IMG/VR virus record: IMGVR_UViG_3300044627_003892
Direction: 5' to 3' (one strand)
From: a virus
Lineage: Duplodnaviria > Caudoviricetes
Length of the DNA: 64,000 nt
Shown: positions 19,320 to 27,355 of the stretch, in pieces
How positions within the stretch are numbered: the stretch's first letter is position 1
Layout of the letters: the number at the start of each line of letters is the position of its first letter
Notes under the pieces: generated by a model
What the model was told of the DNA's origin: nothing
Database searches by the model: none
Seen by the model: only the letters and a program-made list of their open reading frames with translations
Translations under genes and position numbers: made by a program

Positions 19320-20183
19320 TTAAAATCCGCTTGTTACCAAATTATAAAAAATTAAACCTGTTACGGTGGTTGTTTTTGCAATTGTTGGAGTTGAGTAACT
19401 AAAAGTCATCACGTCACCGCCACTTAGTTCTCCAAATTGTATTCGTAACGGATAATATGTACCAGCAGTTAATGCTATAGAACCTGAACGTTCTTGTGTT
19501 CCATGTAATCCACCGTTATTAACTGTCGAGTTTGTTGTTGTAAATCCTGAAATACTATTACTACCAACCCAAACATAGGAAGCATCATCAGATGAAGTAA
19601 AGAATGTGTAAGTTTCTGTAGTAGTTGGTTTGAAATAACCTAACCATTGACAACTGAAATTCTCACCGTCACTGGTTGGTGGTTCTGTTATCTCGGTGGT
19701 CTGTACTGAAGTCGCAGGATTTCCACCTACTGATGCGGGAGTTGCGGTTGCAAAGAAATTAACATTATCATTAAAGTACCCACTATAAGTTGTTTTAAAT
19801 ACTCCAGCAGTATAACTTAAATCCCAAGATGTCCAATATCCCGCCGAGTTTAACCATGTCTTAGCCGCTGAAGCACTTGCAAATGTTTGTGGTGTTCCGG
19901 TAAAACTTGATACATACTGAGACAAACTAATAAAGTTATTATCTGTCTTACTTGGTGTTCTCCAAAAACCAATATTAGCAGGTACTCCAAGTTTATTTGG
20001 TTGTGTTCCTGATGGTACGGTATGAGCAATCACATAACCTAAATCTTCATCAGGACCACTCCACCATCTTAGTCCTGTAGATGTAAATCCACTTGTTGGG
20101 TATCCAATAGCAATACTTCCAACTTGTTCTGTTCCAGTAATTGTTGAACCTGTATTATATGCAAAAGGTCTTGATGTTGCCAT
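19320..20183 (-). CDS. PA14/GLEYA carbohydrate-binding domain virion protein (287 aa)
   Basis: NFSCQWLGYFKPTTTETYTFFTSSDDASYVWVG...NNGGLHG...LTAGTYYPLRIQFGE..GG is a typical PA14 signature with the DD pair. Confidence 0.85.
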   Translation of the reverse strand: MATSRPFAYNTGSTITGTEQVGSIAIGYPTSGFTSTGLRWWSGPDEDLGYVIAHTVPSGTQPNKLGVPANIGFWRTPSKTDNNFISLSQYVSSFTGTPQTFASASAAKTWLNSAGYWTSWDLSYTAGVFKTTYSGYFNDNVNFFATATPASVGGNPATSVQTTEITEPPTSDGENFSCQWLGYFKPTTTETYTFFTSSDDASYVWVGSNSISGFTTTNSTVNNGGLHGTQERSGSIALTAGTYYPLRIQFGELSGGDVMTFSYSTPTIAKTTTVTGLIFYNLVTSGF

Positions 20184-20184
20184 T

Positions 20185-20325
20185 TTATATTTCTATTATA
20201 GTATAGATTGTTGCGTCACCATTTATTAAAATCCATTCAAAACACTGCTCTTCAGTGAAGTCAATAGTTTCTTCCACCAATTCAGATGGTGTTACTCTCA
20301 AATCATATACACAATATTTTTTCAT
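20185..20325 (-). CDS. small acidic hypothetical protein (46 aa), not in the ORF track
   Basis: Manual translation MKKYCVYDLRVTPSELVEETIDFTEEQCFEWILINGDATIYTIIEI*; it fills the gap between two co-oriented genes (5 nt and 1 nt spacers). Confidence 0.6.
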   Translation of the reverse strand: MKKYCVYDLRVTPSELVEETIDFTEEQCFEWILINGDATIYTIIEI

Positions 20326-20330
20326 AATAA

Positions 20331-21935
20331 TTAACTAAATGTCACAGTTATTGTTTGTGTAGGTTGTCCACATGAACTACCGTTTAATCCACCCCAATTT
20401 GAATTTTTAATCATAGGTCTCACTGTGTATGTTCCTGGACATTGACACAACCCTCCCGATGTTAAATAAATTGAATTAGCATCAACAGTTCCTGAAACAC
20501 AACCGTGTGCAACTCTCCAAGTATTAGCTCCAATTGTTACTGTAAAGTTTGTACCTGTAGTAGCTGTTCTCAAAGCATTTGCAATATCTTGAACTTTAAC
20601 ATCTGTCACTATTACTGAAGTTCCGAGGTTATTTGATATTGACATATTAGTATAAGTACCCGTTAATTGACTCCTGAAAGTTGTCCAAGCGTTTTCTATT
20701 GTGGTTCCTGGTGCGGCATTATTTGTAAATGTTTCAGAGAATGTAACACCTGTAGCAGGTATTGGACTAACACTTGGTGTTGGGGTATTAGTAGGAGTTA
20801 TTGTCGGTGTGATTGTATTAGTCGGTGTTTGTGTTGGTGTTAATGTATTAGTAGGTGTAATTGTTGGAGTTATTGAAGGTGTTGGGGTGTTGGTTTGAGT
20901 ATTAGTTGGAGTAATACTTGGTGTTACAGTTGGTGTAACTGTTGTTGTCGGAGTAGGTGATGGTGAAATAAATCTTGACGAAAATGAATTGTAATTTTTT
21001 AATACTTCAGTAGAACTTAATACTCTATTGTAAGTCATAGCAACTGAAACTCTACCATTTAATAAATTATTACCAGCGCCAAACGCTCCTATCCTTGTTG
21101 AACCATTACCCCCAATAGGTGTCTTTTGAGCTGTGTATGTATTATCCTGAACACCATTAACATATAATACAAATCCATTTGTGGTATCAAAAGTTACACA
21201 CGCATTATACCACACCCCATTACTAAAGTTAGTGACCGATGGGAAAACTGTATAAACACCCCAATTTGAGTGGCCACAATATAATTTATTGGTGCTAGCA
21301 AAGAACATAAAGTGTCCACCAGTATCACTACTTAATAAATTATTATCTGAAGTACTATTTAAATAAAACCAAATATTCTTTGTATACGATGATAGTCCAA
21401 GAGGTGTTCCTCCAACGTTGACGTATTGAGTGTTACCATTAAATGTAAGGTATCCGTTGTTACTTGAATTGAATGTTGGAGTATTAATTAGTGTTCCGTT
21501 GTTACCACTAAAACTTAAATCATCCCATCGTGAACCACTTCTTGGGTATGATGAAACATAACCAGCATCAAGCAATAATGTTAATCCGTCAGTAACAATA
21601 TCAGGATAATCAAGGTTAACACAAATAAGTCCTGTTTGTCCTGTGTACCATCCTAAGGCTTCGTTAGCCGTACTAAATGTTTGTCCCGCAAATCCTTGTG
21701 TAAAACCAATAAGTTCTGAGTCGTTTTGAGCAACCACTATGGATGGTCCAGCAACTGCCTTGTTTCCATACATGGTATAACCACCTGATGGTGGTATAAT
21801 AGAATTCCAAAATCCTGTAACACTTGTTGGCCCGTATTCCGCACCTTCATTAATACCCAAAACCCAATCCTTAACTTTAATCGTATTAGGATGAAAGGAC
21901 GTTGAGTATTTTATTTTATTTGGTGGTATTGGCAT
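20331..21935 (-). CDS. LamG/concanavalin-A-like lectin domain virion protein with Pro/Thr linker (534 aa)
   Basis: GLTLLLDAG..SYP.SGS.W.DLS..GNNGTL, FNG..QYV, WYNACVTFD...LYVNG, RIGA...LNGRVS..MTYNRVLS; start moved to ATG 21935, which overlaps the upstream TAA (TAATG). Confidence 0.85.
   Translation of the reverse strand: MPIPPNKIKYSTSFHPNTIKVKDWVLGINEGAEYGPTSVTGFWNSIIPPSGGYTMYGNKAVAGPSIVVAQNDSELIGFTQGFAGQTFSTANEALGWYTGQTGLICVNLDYPDIVTDGLTLLLDAGYVSSYPRSGSRWDDLSFSGNNGTLINTPTFNSSNNGYLTFNGNTQYVNVGGTPLGLSSYTKNIWFYLNSTSDNNLLSSDTGGHFMFFASTNKLYCGHSNWGVYTVFPSVTNFSNGVWYNACVTFDTTNGFVLYVNGVQDNTYTAQKTPIGGNGSTRIGAFGAGNNLLNGRVSVAMTYNRVLSSTEVLKNYNSFSSRFISPSPTPTTTVTPTVTPSITPTNTQTNTPTPSITPTITPTNTLTPTQTPTNTITPTITPTNTPTPSVSPIPATGVTFSETFTNNAAPGTTIENAWTTFRSQLTGTYTNMSISNNLGTSVIVTDVKVQDIANALRTATTGTNFTVTIGANTWRVAHGCVSGTVDANSIYLTSGGLCQCPGTYTVRPMIKNSNWGGLNGSSCGQPTQTITVTFS
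20761..20966 (-). repeat. coding Pro/Thr (mucin-like) linker
   Basis: [41 protein letters not shown]...; boundaries approximate. Confidence 0.9.
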
Positions 21936-24169
21936 TATCTTGCAACTTCTGTTATTCTCAACCACATTGAAGTAGATGAATTTACTATTGTGATACTATC
22001 ATCCGCAGAACTTCTACGACATGCAACTACTATCGATTTTGCGGTTGTATTAGAGTTAGTGTATCTACCCGTTAATGGAAATAAAACACCTGTACGAAAT
22101 CCATTAACCGTGCTTTGTACTGAATAGGTTATTTCACCACCATCAACCTTTATTCTAGATATGTATGAATCATTACCTGTACCAGAAGTAAAATCAAAAG
22201 ATGCTAAGTGATAATGTATTACTAAATAACTTGTAGAACTTAATGGTGTATAACTATAAGTAACAAAATCAGTATCCGAAGTACTGGTAGCAATAGTTGT
22301 AGTACTAACAGTTACCTCAGTATTACTCAAAATAATATCGTTAATTACCTGACCGGCTCTCCACGCATTAGCCTTTATAAATCCTGTAAATACCACATTA
22401 CCTGTGGTATCTATAGCCATTTTTACCGCACCTCCTGCTTCATTTAAATTATTTGTGATACGAACTAACTGTCCACTTAGAACATCAAATGACCCATTAA
22501 AACTATCAATACCAAAGTTTGAATTATTAGCATAATAAAACAAAACACCCGGAGTATCTGTACTATTATTATCAAGAAGAACATCACCAGTAGCTGACCC
22601 CGCCTTTGTAAATGTTCCGTTACCAAAAGATGTTACACCTGTAGTACTTATATTACCATTAACACTTGTATTACCTGTAACTGATAATGTAGTACCATCA
22701 AAAGTCATTCTAGCCTGAGCAACCGCAGCATTAGATGTCCCATCAGATGTTAATACTCTATTACTACCCGGACTTGTGATTGTGGTAAATCCTGTACCTG
22801 ATGTTCCGGCAGAACCGGAACTACCCGATGAACCTGATGTACCAGAACTACCTGAAGTTCCTGAAGAACCACTTGAACCTGATGTTCCGCTAGTTCCTGA
22901 AGAGCCACTTGAACCTGATGTTCCGCTAGTTCCTGAAGAGCCAGTACTTCCACTTGACCCTGAAGAACCACTACTACCACTTGAACCATATGTACCAGAA
23001 CTACCTGAAGTTCCACTACTACCACTTGTTCCTGACGAACCTGTAGAACCCGAACTCCCCGAACTTCCTGATGACCCAGACGTTCCTGATGAACCAAAAG
23101 ATAAACCCGAACTTCCTGATGACCCCGCACTTCCCGAAGCACCTGTAGAACCACTACCACCACCTCCACCACCAACAGGCATAACGGTAACAATCAAAGA
23201 AGGAATTGCTGGATGTAAAGCAGTTGATGCCTCTGCCAATAATGAAATATTGACATTGTTAGTCGCCCACATTAATTCAACATATGTTCCGGCAGTTACA
23301 GTAATTAAAAAATCCCAAGCAGCAACTAAATATGGGTTGTTTGTAGGAACTGAAACTTTTGTATTGGTATTAGGAACATTAACACCATTTTGTCTTAACC
23401 AAATATCAACATCCACACCCGCACCACCACCTTTATTATTGTTTAATTGAACCGAGAATTGAATATCATAAGTTCCAGCACTAGCAAAAGTGATTTGTGA
23501 ACCTGAAACAATCGTAATACCACTAGCCTCAGCAGTACTATTCAATCTCATAGGATATGCGGTATTGATTAGTGTCGCCGTTTGTCCTGATGTATCATAG
23601 AACGAACCATATAAATTAACACCTGAAGTTAAAGCTCCCGTTGAAAACTTTCTCCATGCCGCAGTACTATATGTTGCACCACTAACATCTTCAATAGTGT
23701 TAGCAGTCCAAGAATTAATAAACGACTGACCCGCAGCAGTTTTATTATTTATTGTTGTTCCAAAATCAGAAACCTGAGCACATCCCGTACTAGCAGTCGC
23801 AGCATTAAATAAAGTCTCGTAATCATTAATATGATATTGATAAACTTGGTCAACCTCATAAACATAAGCCAACATACCAAGTCGTCTTCTACCTGATGAA
23901 ATATTATCTGAAGCTAATGTAATTACATCAGGAGACCAAGCGGCACCCGTTCCCTTTGTAAACTCAATAGGAATAGTATTACCTGAATATTCAATACTTC
24001 CCGTTGTTCCTGTTGGTATTGTATAATAAAGGTCAGATAAACTGAAAACCTCCATATAACCACCCGTATTGTTAACACTGAAAGTAGTACCATAAGTATT
24101 GTTTCTTGGGACACTTTGTGTTCCATTTAGTTGGATAGACGATATTGGATTTTTATATGGGAAACTCAT
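21935..24169 (-). CDS. fibre protein paralogous to the giant protein: shared N-terminal domain, C1q/BclA-like domain, short Gly-X-Y tract, shaft and tip domain (744 aa)
   Basis: N-terminal PY.NPIS, SDN.SSGRRRLGM and YQY.I..Y shared with 717..13124; YGSFYD...ITFASAGTYDIQFSVQL...YVELMW jelly-roll pattern; GSS/GTS tract near 22795..23150. Confidence 0.8.
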   Translation of the reverse strand: MSFPYKNPISSIQLNGTQSVPRNNTYGTTFSVNNTGGYMEVFSLSDLYYTIPTGTTGSIEYSGNTIPIEFTKGTGAAWSPDVITLASDNISSGRRRLGMLAYVYEVDQVYQYHINDYETLFNAATASTGCAQVSDFGTTINNKTAAGQSFINSWTANTIEDVSGATYSTAAWRKFSTGALTSGVNLYGSFYDTSGQTATLINTAYPMRLNSTAEASGITIVSGSQITFASAGTYDIQFSVQLNNNKGGGAGVDVDIWLRQNGVNVPNTNTKVSVPTNNPYLVAAWDFLITVTAGTYVELMWATNNVNISLLAEASTALHPAIPSLIVTVMPVGGGGGGSGSTGASGSAGSSGSSGLSFGSSGTSGSSGSSGSSGSTGSSGTSGSSGTSGSSGTYGSSGSSGSSGSSGSTGSSGTSGTSGSSGSSGTSGTSGSSGSSGTSGSSGTSGSSGSSGSAGTSGTGFTTITSPGSNRVLTSDGTSNAAVAQARMTFDGTTLSVTGNTSVNGNISTTGVTSFGNGTFTKAGSATGDVLLDNNSTDTPGVLFYYANNSNFGIDSFNGSFDVLSGQLVRITNNLNEAGGAVKMAIDTTGNVVFTGFIKANAWRAGQVINDIILSNTEVTVSTTTIATSTSDTDFVTYSYTPLSSTSYLVIHYHLASFDFTSGTGNDSYISRIKVDGGEITYSVQSTVNGFRTGVLFPLTGRYTNSNTTAKSIVVACRRSSADDSITIVNSSTSMWLRITEVAR

Positions 24170-24178
24170 TTACTATAA

Positions 24179-25183
24179 TTATATATCAACCTTACTTCCT
24201 CTAAAATAAAGGTCGTAAGTATTATCCAATTCAAATGTATTTGATGGGTATGTTGTGTAAACTTTATATTCCGCCTTAACAATAGTTCCACCAGTATAAT
24301 TAAATGTGTTTGAATATATTGTTGGTTCCATTTTCACACTTGTAAAAACATTTGGATTTACAATTCCTAAATCAATCTCAATTTGATATTTGTAATTAGT
24401 ATATACCACAGGTATTATCCATGTGTACCACGCCTTAGAACCTACAGTATTTTCAGGTACTTTTGTTGTTAAAAAGTTGTAAGCAATTATTGGGTTACCA
24501 TATGAATCCAAACCACTTGTTGTAATCGGTACTGTCTGTTTTATAATTGACGGGAATGAACCTGATGTCCATCCTGAATAATTAACATATCTATTCATGT
24601 CTAAATCAAACGTAGATGCTGATGTACTTGGTTGAGAAGTATTTGTAAAACCATAAAAACTTGAACCGAGTGAACTCATATAAGAACCAATACTTGATGA
24701 CCCTGAATATGGTTCAATGAATAAGTAAGCATATAAAAAAGGTTCAGGTGTTTGAGTTGGTGTAGGTGTTGTCGTAACCGTAGGAGTTACTGTCTTAGTC
24801 GGAGTAATACTTGGTGTAACTGTATTTGTTGGTGTAATTGACGGAGTAATACTTGGTGTTGGAGTAAATGATGGAGTAACACTTAGTGTTGGAGTATTCG
24901 ATGGTGTTAAAGATAATGTGGGAGTATTTGTCGGTGTAATACTTGGTGTTGGAGTTGGTGTTAAACACATGTAATTTTGTGTAAATACACATCCCGTTGA
25001 ATCAACAATCTTAATTAATAATTGAGGAGCTGTTGTATAACCACTTGGCACAGGAAAACTAACTGATGGTGGAATGTAATCCGTGAAAGTTCCTATAAAT
25101 TGACAATTAAACTGGAAAATATCACAAACATATATTTGATACGGTGGAATACCTGAAACACTATCAATAGTAATTAAACTCAT
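24179..25183 (-). CDS. virion protein with Pro/Thr linker and C-terminal domain paralogous to 13154..14362 (334 aa)
   Basis: [27 protein letters not shown] and YFRG align with YAYVFAEP, MNKYASYSGFTGG, YTIWIP and YFKG. Confidence 0.75.
   Translation of the reverse strand: MSLITIDSVSGIPPYQIYVCDIFQFNCQFIGTFTDYIPPSVSFPVPSGYTTAPQLLIKIVDSTGCVFTQNYMCLTPTPTPSITPTNTPTLSLTPSNTPTLSVTPSFTPTPSITPSITPTNTVTPSITPTKTVTPTVTTTPTPTQTPEPFLYAYLFIEPYSGSSSIGSYMSSLGSSFYGFTNTSQPSTSASTFDLDMNRYVNYSGWTSGSFPSIIKQTVPITTSGLDSYGNPIIAYNFLTTKVPENTVGSKAWYTWIIPVVYTNYKYQIEIDLGIVNPNVFTSVKMEPTIYSNTFNYTGGTIVKAEYKVYTTYPSNTFELDNTYDLYFRGSKVDI
24741..24962 (-). repeat. coding Pro/Thr (mucin-like) linker
   Basis: [45 protein letters not shown]...; boundaries approximate. 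Confidence 0.9.
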
Positions 25184-25188
25184 CTAAA

Positions 25189-25195
25189 ATAAATA
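25189..25195 (-). promoter_or_regulatory. TATTTAT intergenic motif
   Basis: 5 nt upstream of ATG 25183. Confidence 0.5.
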
Positions 25196-25209
25196 CTTCA
25201 AACAGAACT

Positions 25210-27354
25210 TTAAGTTCTACATGAAATATTATAAACTACTCTAACACTAATTGTTAATAATTCATCTTTATATACTTCAACCCCACCAACAACTTGAGAC
25301 TCAATAACAATAGTATTAGTGTCAGGATTAATTTCAGTACTCTGTAAATTAGGTATTAAAGATAGTAATGACTCAATTGCCGTTATAAAATTATCAGTCG
25401 ATGGTACTGAATTTAAATTAGGTGATACATAAAATACTGATGAATATGTAGTGCCAGTTATTTCAATATCACAATTAAATTGAGCGTAATTTAATTTACA
25501 ATCATCATGTCCACTAACTAAATTAGCATACCCTGTAAATAACATATTTCTAAAATCATATGTTTTTGTAGGAATATATGTTGGTGTGGATACTTTAACA
25601 GGTTGTACTTTAGAATAACTAATTAAAGGATTACAAGTTATTGTTTTACTTTTAGTTGTTACACATCCTGTAGCAGCACTTACTGTTAATGTATATGTTC
25701 CAGCAGTCAATCCTGTTAGATAAACACCTGTTTGCCCATTTACATTACTACTCCAAGTTAAATCAACAGGAAAATCAGTGTAATTAATCATTGCGCTTAT
25801 TGTACCCCCACTACCATTACCACAACTTGTACCATACAAAAGAACATTAATAGGGCTTGTGTCTATAATATTAACTGAATAACTTTGACTACAATAATTT
25901 GAGTCAGTAACTATTAAGTCATAAACTCCTGCGGTTAGATTAGAAAATGTATATGCCGTTGATATAGTTTGAATTGATGTAACACCATTAGATAAACTAT
26001 ATGTATAAGTTAATCCTGTTACAACAGGTGTAACTTCTAAGTAGATACTACCACCATTAAAACTACAGTTTGTAGTAGTTGCAGTTATTGAAGTTGCAAA
26101 TGATAAACTTGTATTAATTGAAAAGTTTTTAGTATATGTGCAAGCAGATGTCGCATCATTTATCGTTACTGTATAGTTACCTGAAGATAAATCGCCAAAA
26201 GATTGATTTGGAATATTAACAGTGTTAATTAATGTATAACCACTATTGTTTGTAAAATTATAAGTATAAGGTGTTGCCCCACCTTGTAATTGAATATTAT
26301 AAACCCCTGAATTATTGTTACAACTTGAGTCAGTTATTGATTCCGAAACAACAAAGAAAGTATTTGGTGTTTGTAATACAACATTAAATGTTGCAGTACA
26401 TAAAGCAACGTCAGTAACTTCTAACGTATAATTACCAGCCGATAAACCACTAAAAGTTAAAAATTGGTCATAACTAACTAACGAGTCACCATTACTTAAT
26501 AAATAAAAGTAAGGTCCTGTACCACCTGAGATGTAATAAGTAATTGAACCTGTATTACCTGTACATGTCGGTGAAACTAATGTATATGTTATTAAACCTA
26601 TCGGGTCGGCATTTAATACTGTAGTTGTTTTTGTTATTGAACATCCTTGTGAGTCAGTAACGGTACAAAAATAGTTACCACTAGTTAAACCTGTAACAGA
26701 TGATGTTGTTGGAGAACCACTAATATTTGATGACCATGTATAAGTATATGGTGGTATTCCTGTAACACCTGTAACAAATATTTTACCATTTGTAAGTGAA
26801 CATGCTGGATTATTTACAACATAAAATCCAAAATCCATAGAACTTGTATTGTAAAGTACAACATTTTCAGACTCTCCATAACATCCACCATAATTAGTAC
26901 AAGTCGCATAATAAACACCTTCAGGTAAATTAACAAATGTATATTGATTAGCACTTGTAACCGTTGCGGTACTATATTGTACATTATCTTTAAATAATGT
27001 TATTTCATTAGTACCATAATTGGTGTATGTATTAACACTTAATGACCCATTTGATAATCCACACGAAGTATTTTGAACATCTTGTATAAATAAGGTGCTT
27101 GCGGATGTAATATAAACTTGTATAACTCCTGAAGATTGATTAACAGGAACTGATGAGTCGTTCACATAAAATTGGTAAGTTCCAGCACTTAATCCTGTAA
27201 TCGAATAATTTCCTGTTGTTGATGCAGATGCGTATAATGGTGTTAACCAATTAACAATATAAGGTGTATTACCACTTGTAAAATCAATACTAAAACTACC
27301 TAAGTTACTATTAGTACAATCTCCAGTTACCGATATGTTATAAAAAAATGACAT
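25210..27354 (-). CDS. SprB-repeat-like virion protein (714 aa)
   Basis: Tandem C...NG.I....GG/GI.PYTY.W...GL.AG.Y...VTD..GC units resembling the SprB repeats of Bacteroidota adhesins. Confidence 0.75.
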   Translation of the reverse strand: MSFFYNISVTGDCTNSNLGSFSIDFTSGNTPYIVNWLTPLYASASTTGNYSITGLSAGTYQFYVNDSSVPVNQSSGVIQVYITSASTLFIQDVQNTSCGLSNGSLSVNTYTNYGTNEITLFKDNVQYSTATVTSANQYTFVNLPEGVYYATCTNYGGCYGESENVVLYNTSSMDFGFYVVNNPACSLTNGKIFVTGVTGIPPYTYTWSSNISGSPTTSSVTGLTSGNYFCTVTDSQGCSITKTTTVLNADPIGLITYTLVSPTCTGNTGSITYYISGGTGPYFYLLSNGDSLVSYDQFLTFSGLSAGNYTLEVTDVALCTATFNVVLQTPNTFFVVSESITDSSCNNNSGVYNIQLQGGATPYTYNFTNNSGYTLINTVNIPNQSFGDLSSGNYTVTINDATSACTYTKNFSINTSLSFATSITATTTNCSFNGGSIYLEVTPVVTGLTYTYSLSNGVTSIQTISTAYTFSNLTAGVYDLIVTDSNYCSQSYSVNIIDTSPINVLLYGTSCGNGSGGTISAMINYTDFPVDLTWSSNVNGQTGVYLTGLTAGTYTLTVSAATGCVTTKSKTITCNPLISYSKVQPVKVSTPTYIPTKTYDFRNMLFTGYANLVSGHDDCKLNYAQFNCDIEITGTTYSSVFYVSPNLNSVPSTDNFITAIESLLSLIPNLQSTEINPDTNTIVIESQVVGGVEVYKDELLTISVRVVYNISCRT

Positions 27355-27355
27355 G

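Noticed and set aside
22750-23450. ORFs 22750..23193 (-) and 22776..23450 (+)
   Set aside because: Shadows of the Gly-X-Y tract in the 744-aa fibre gene.
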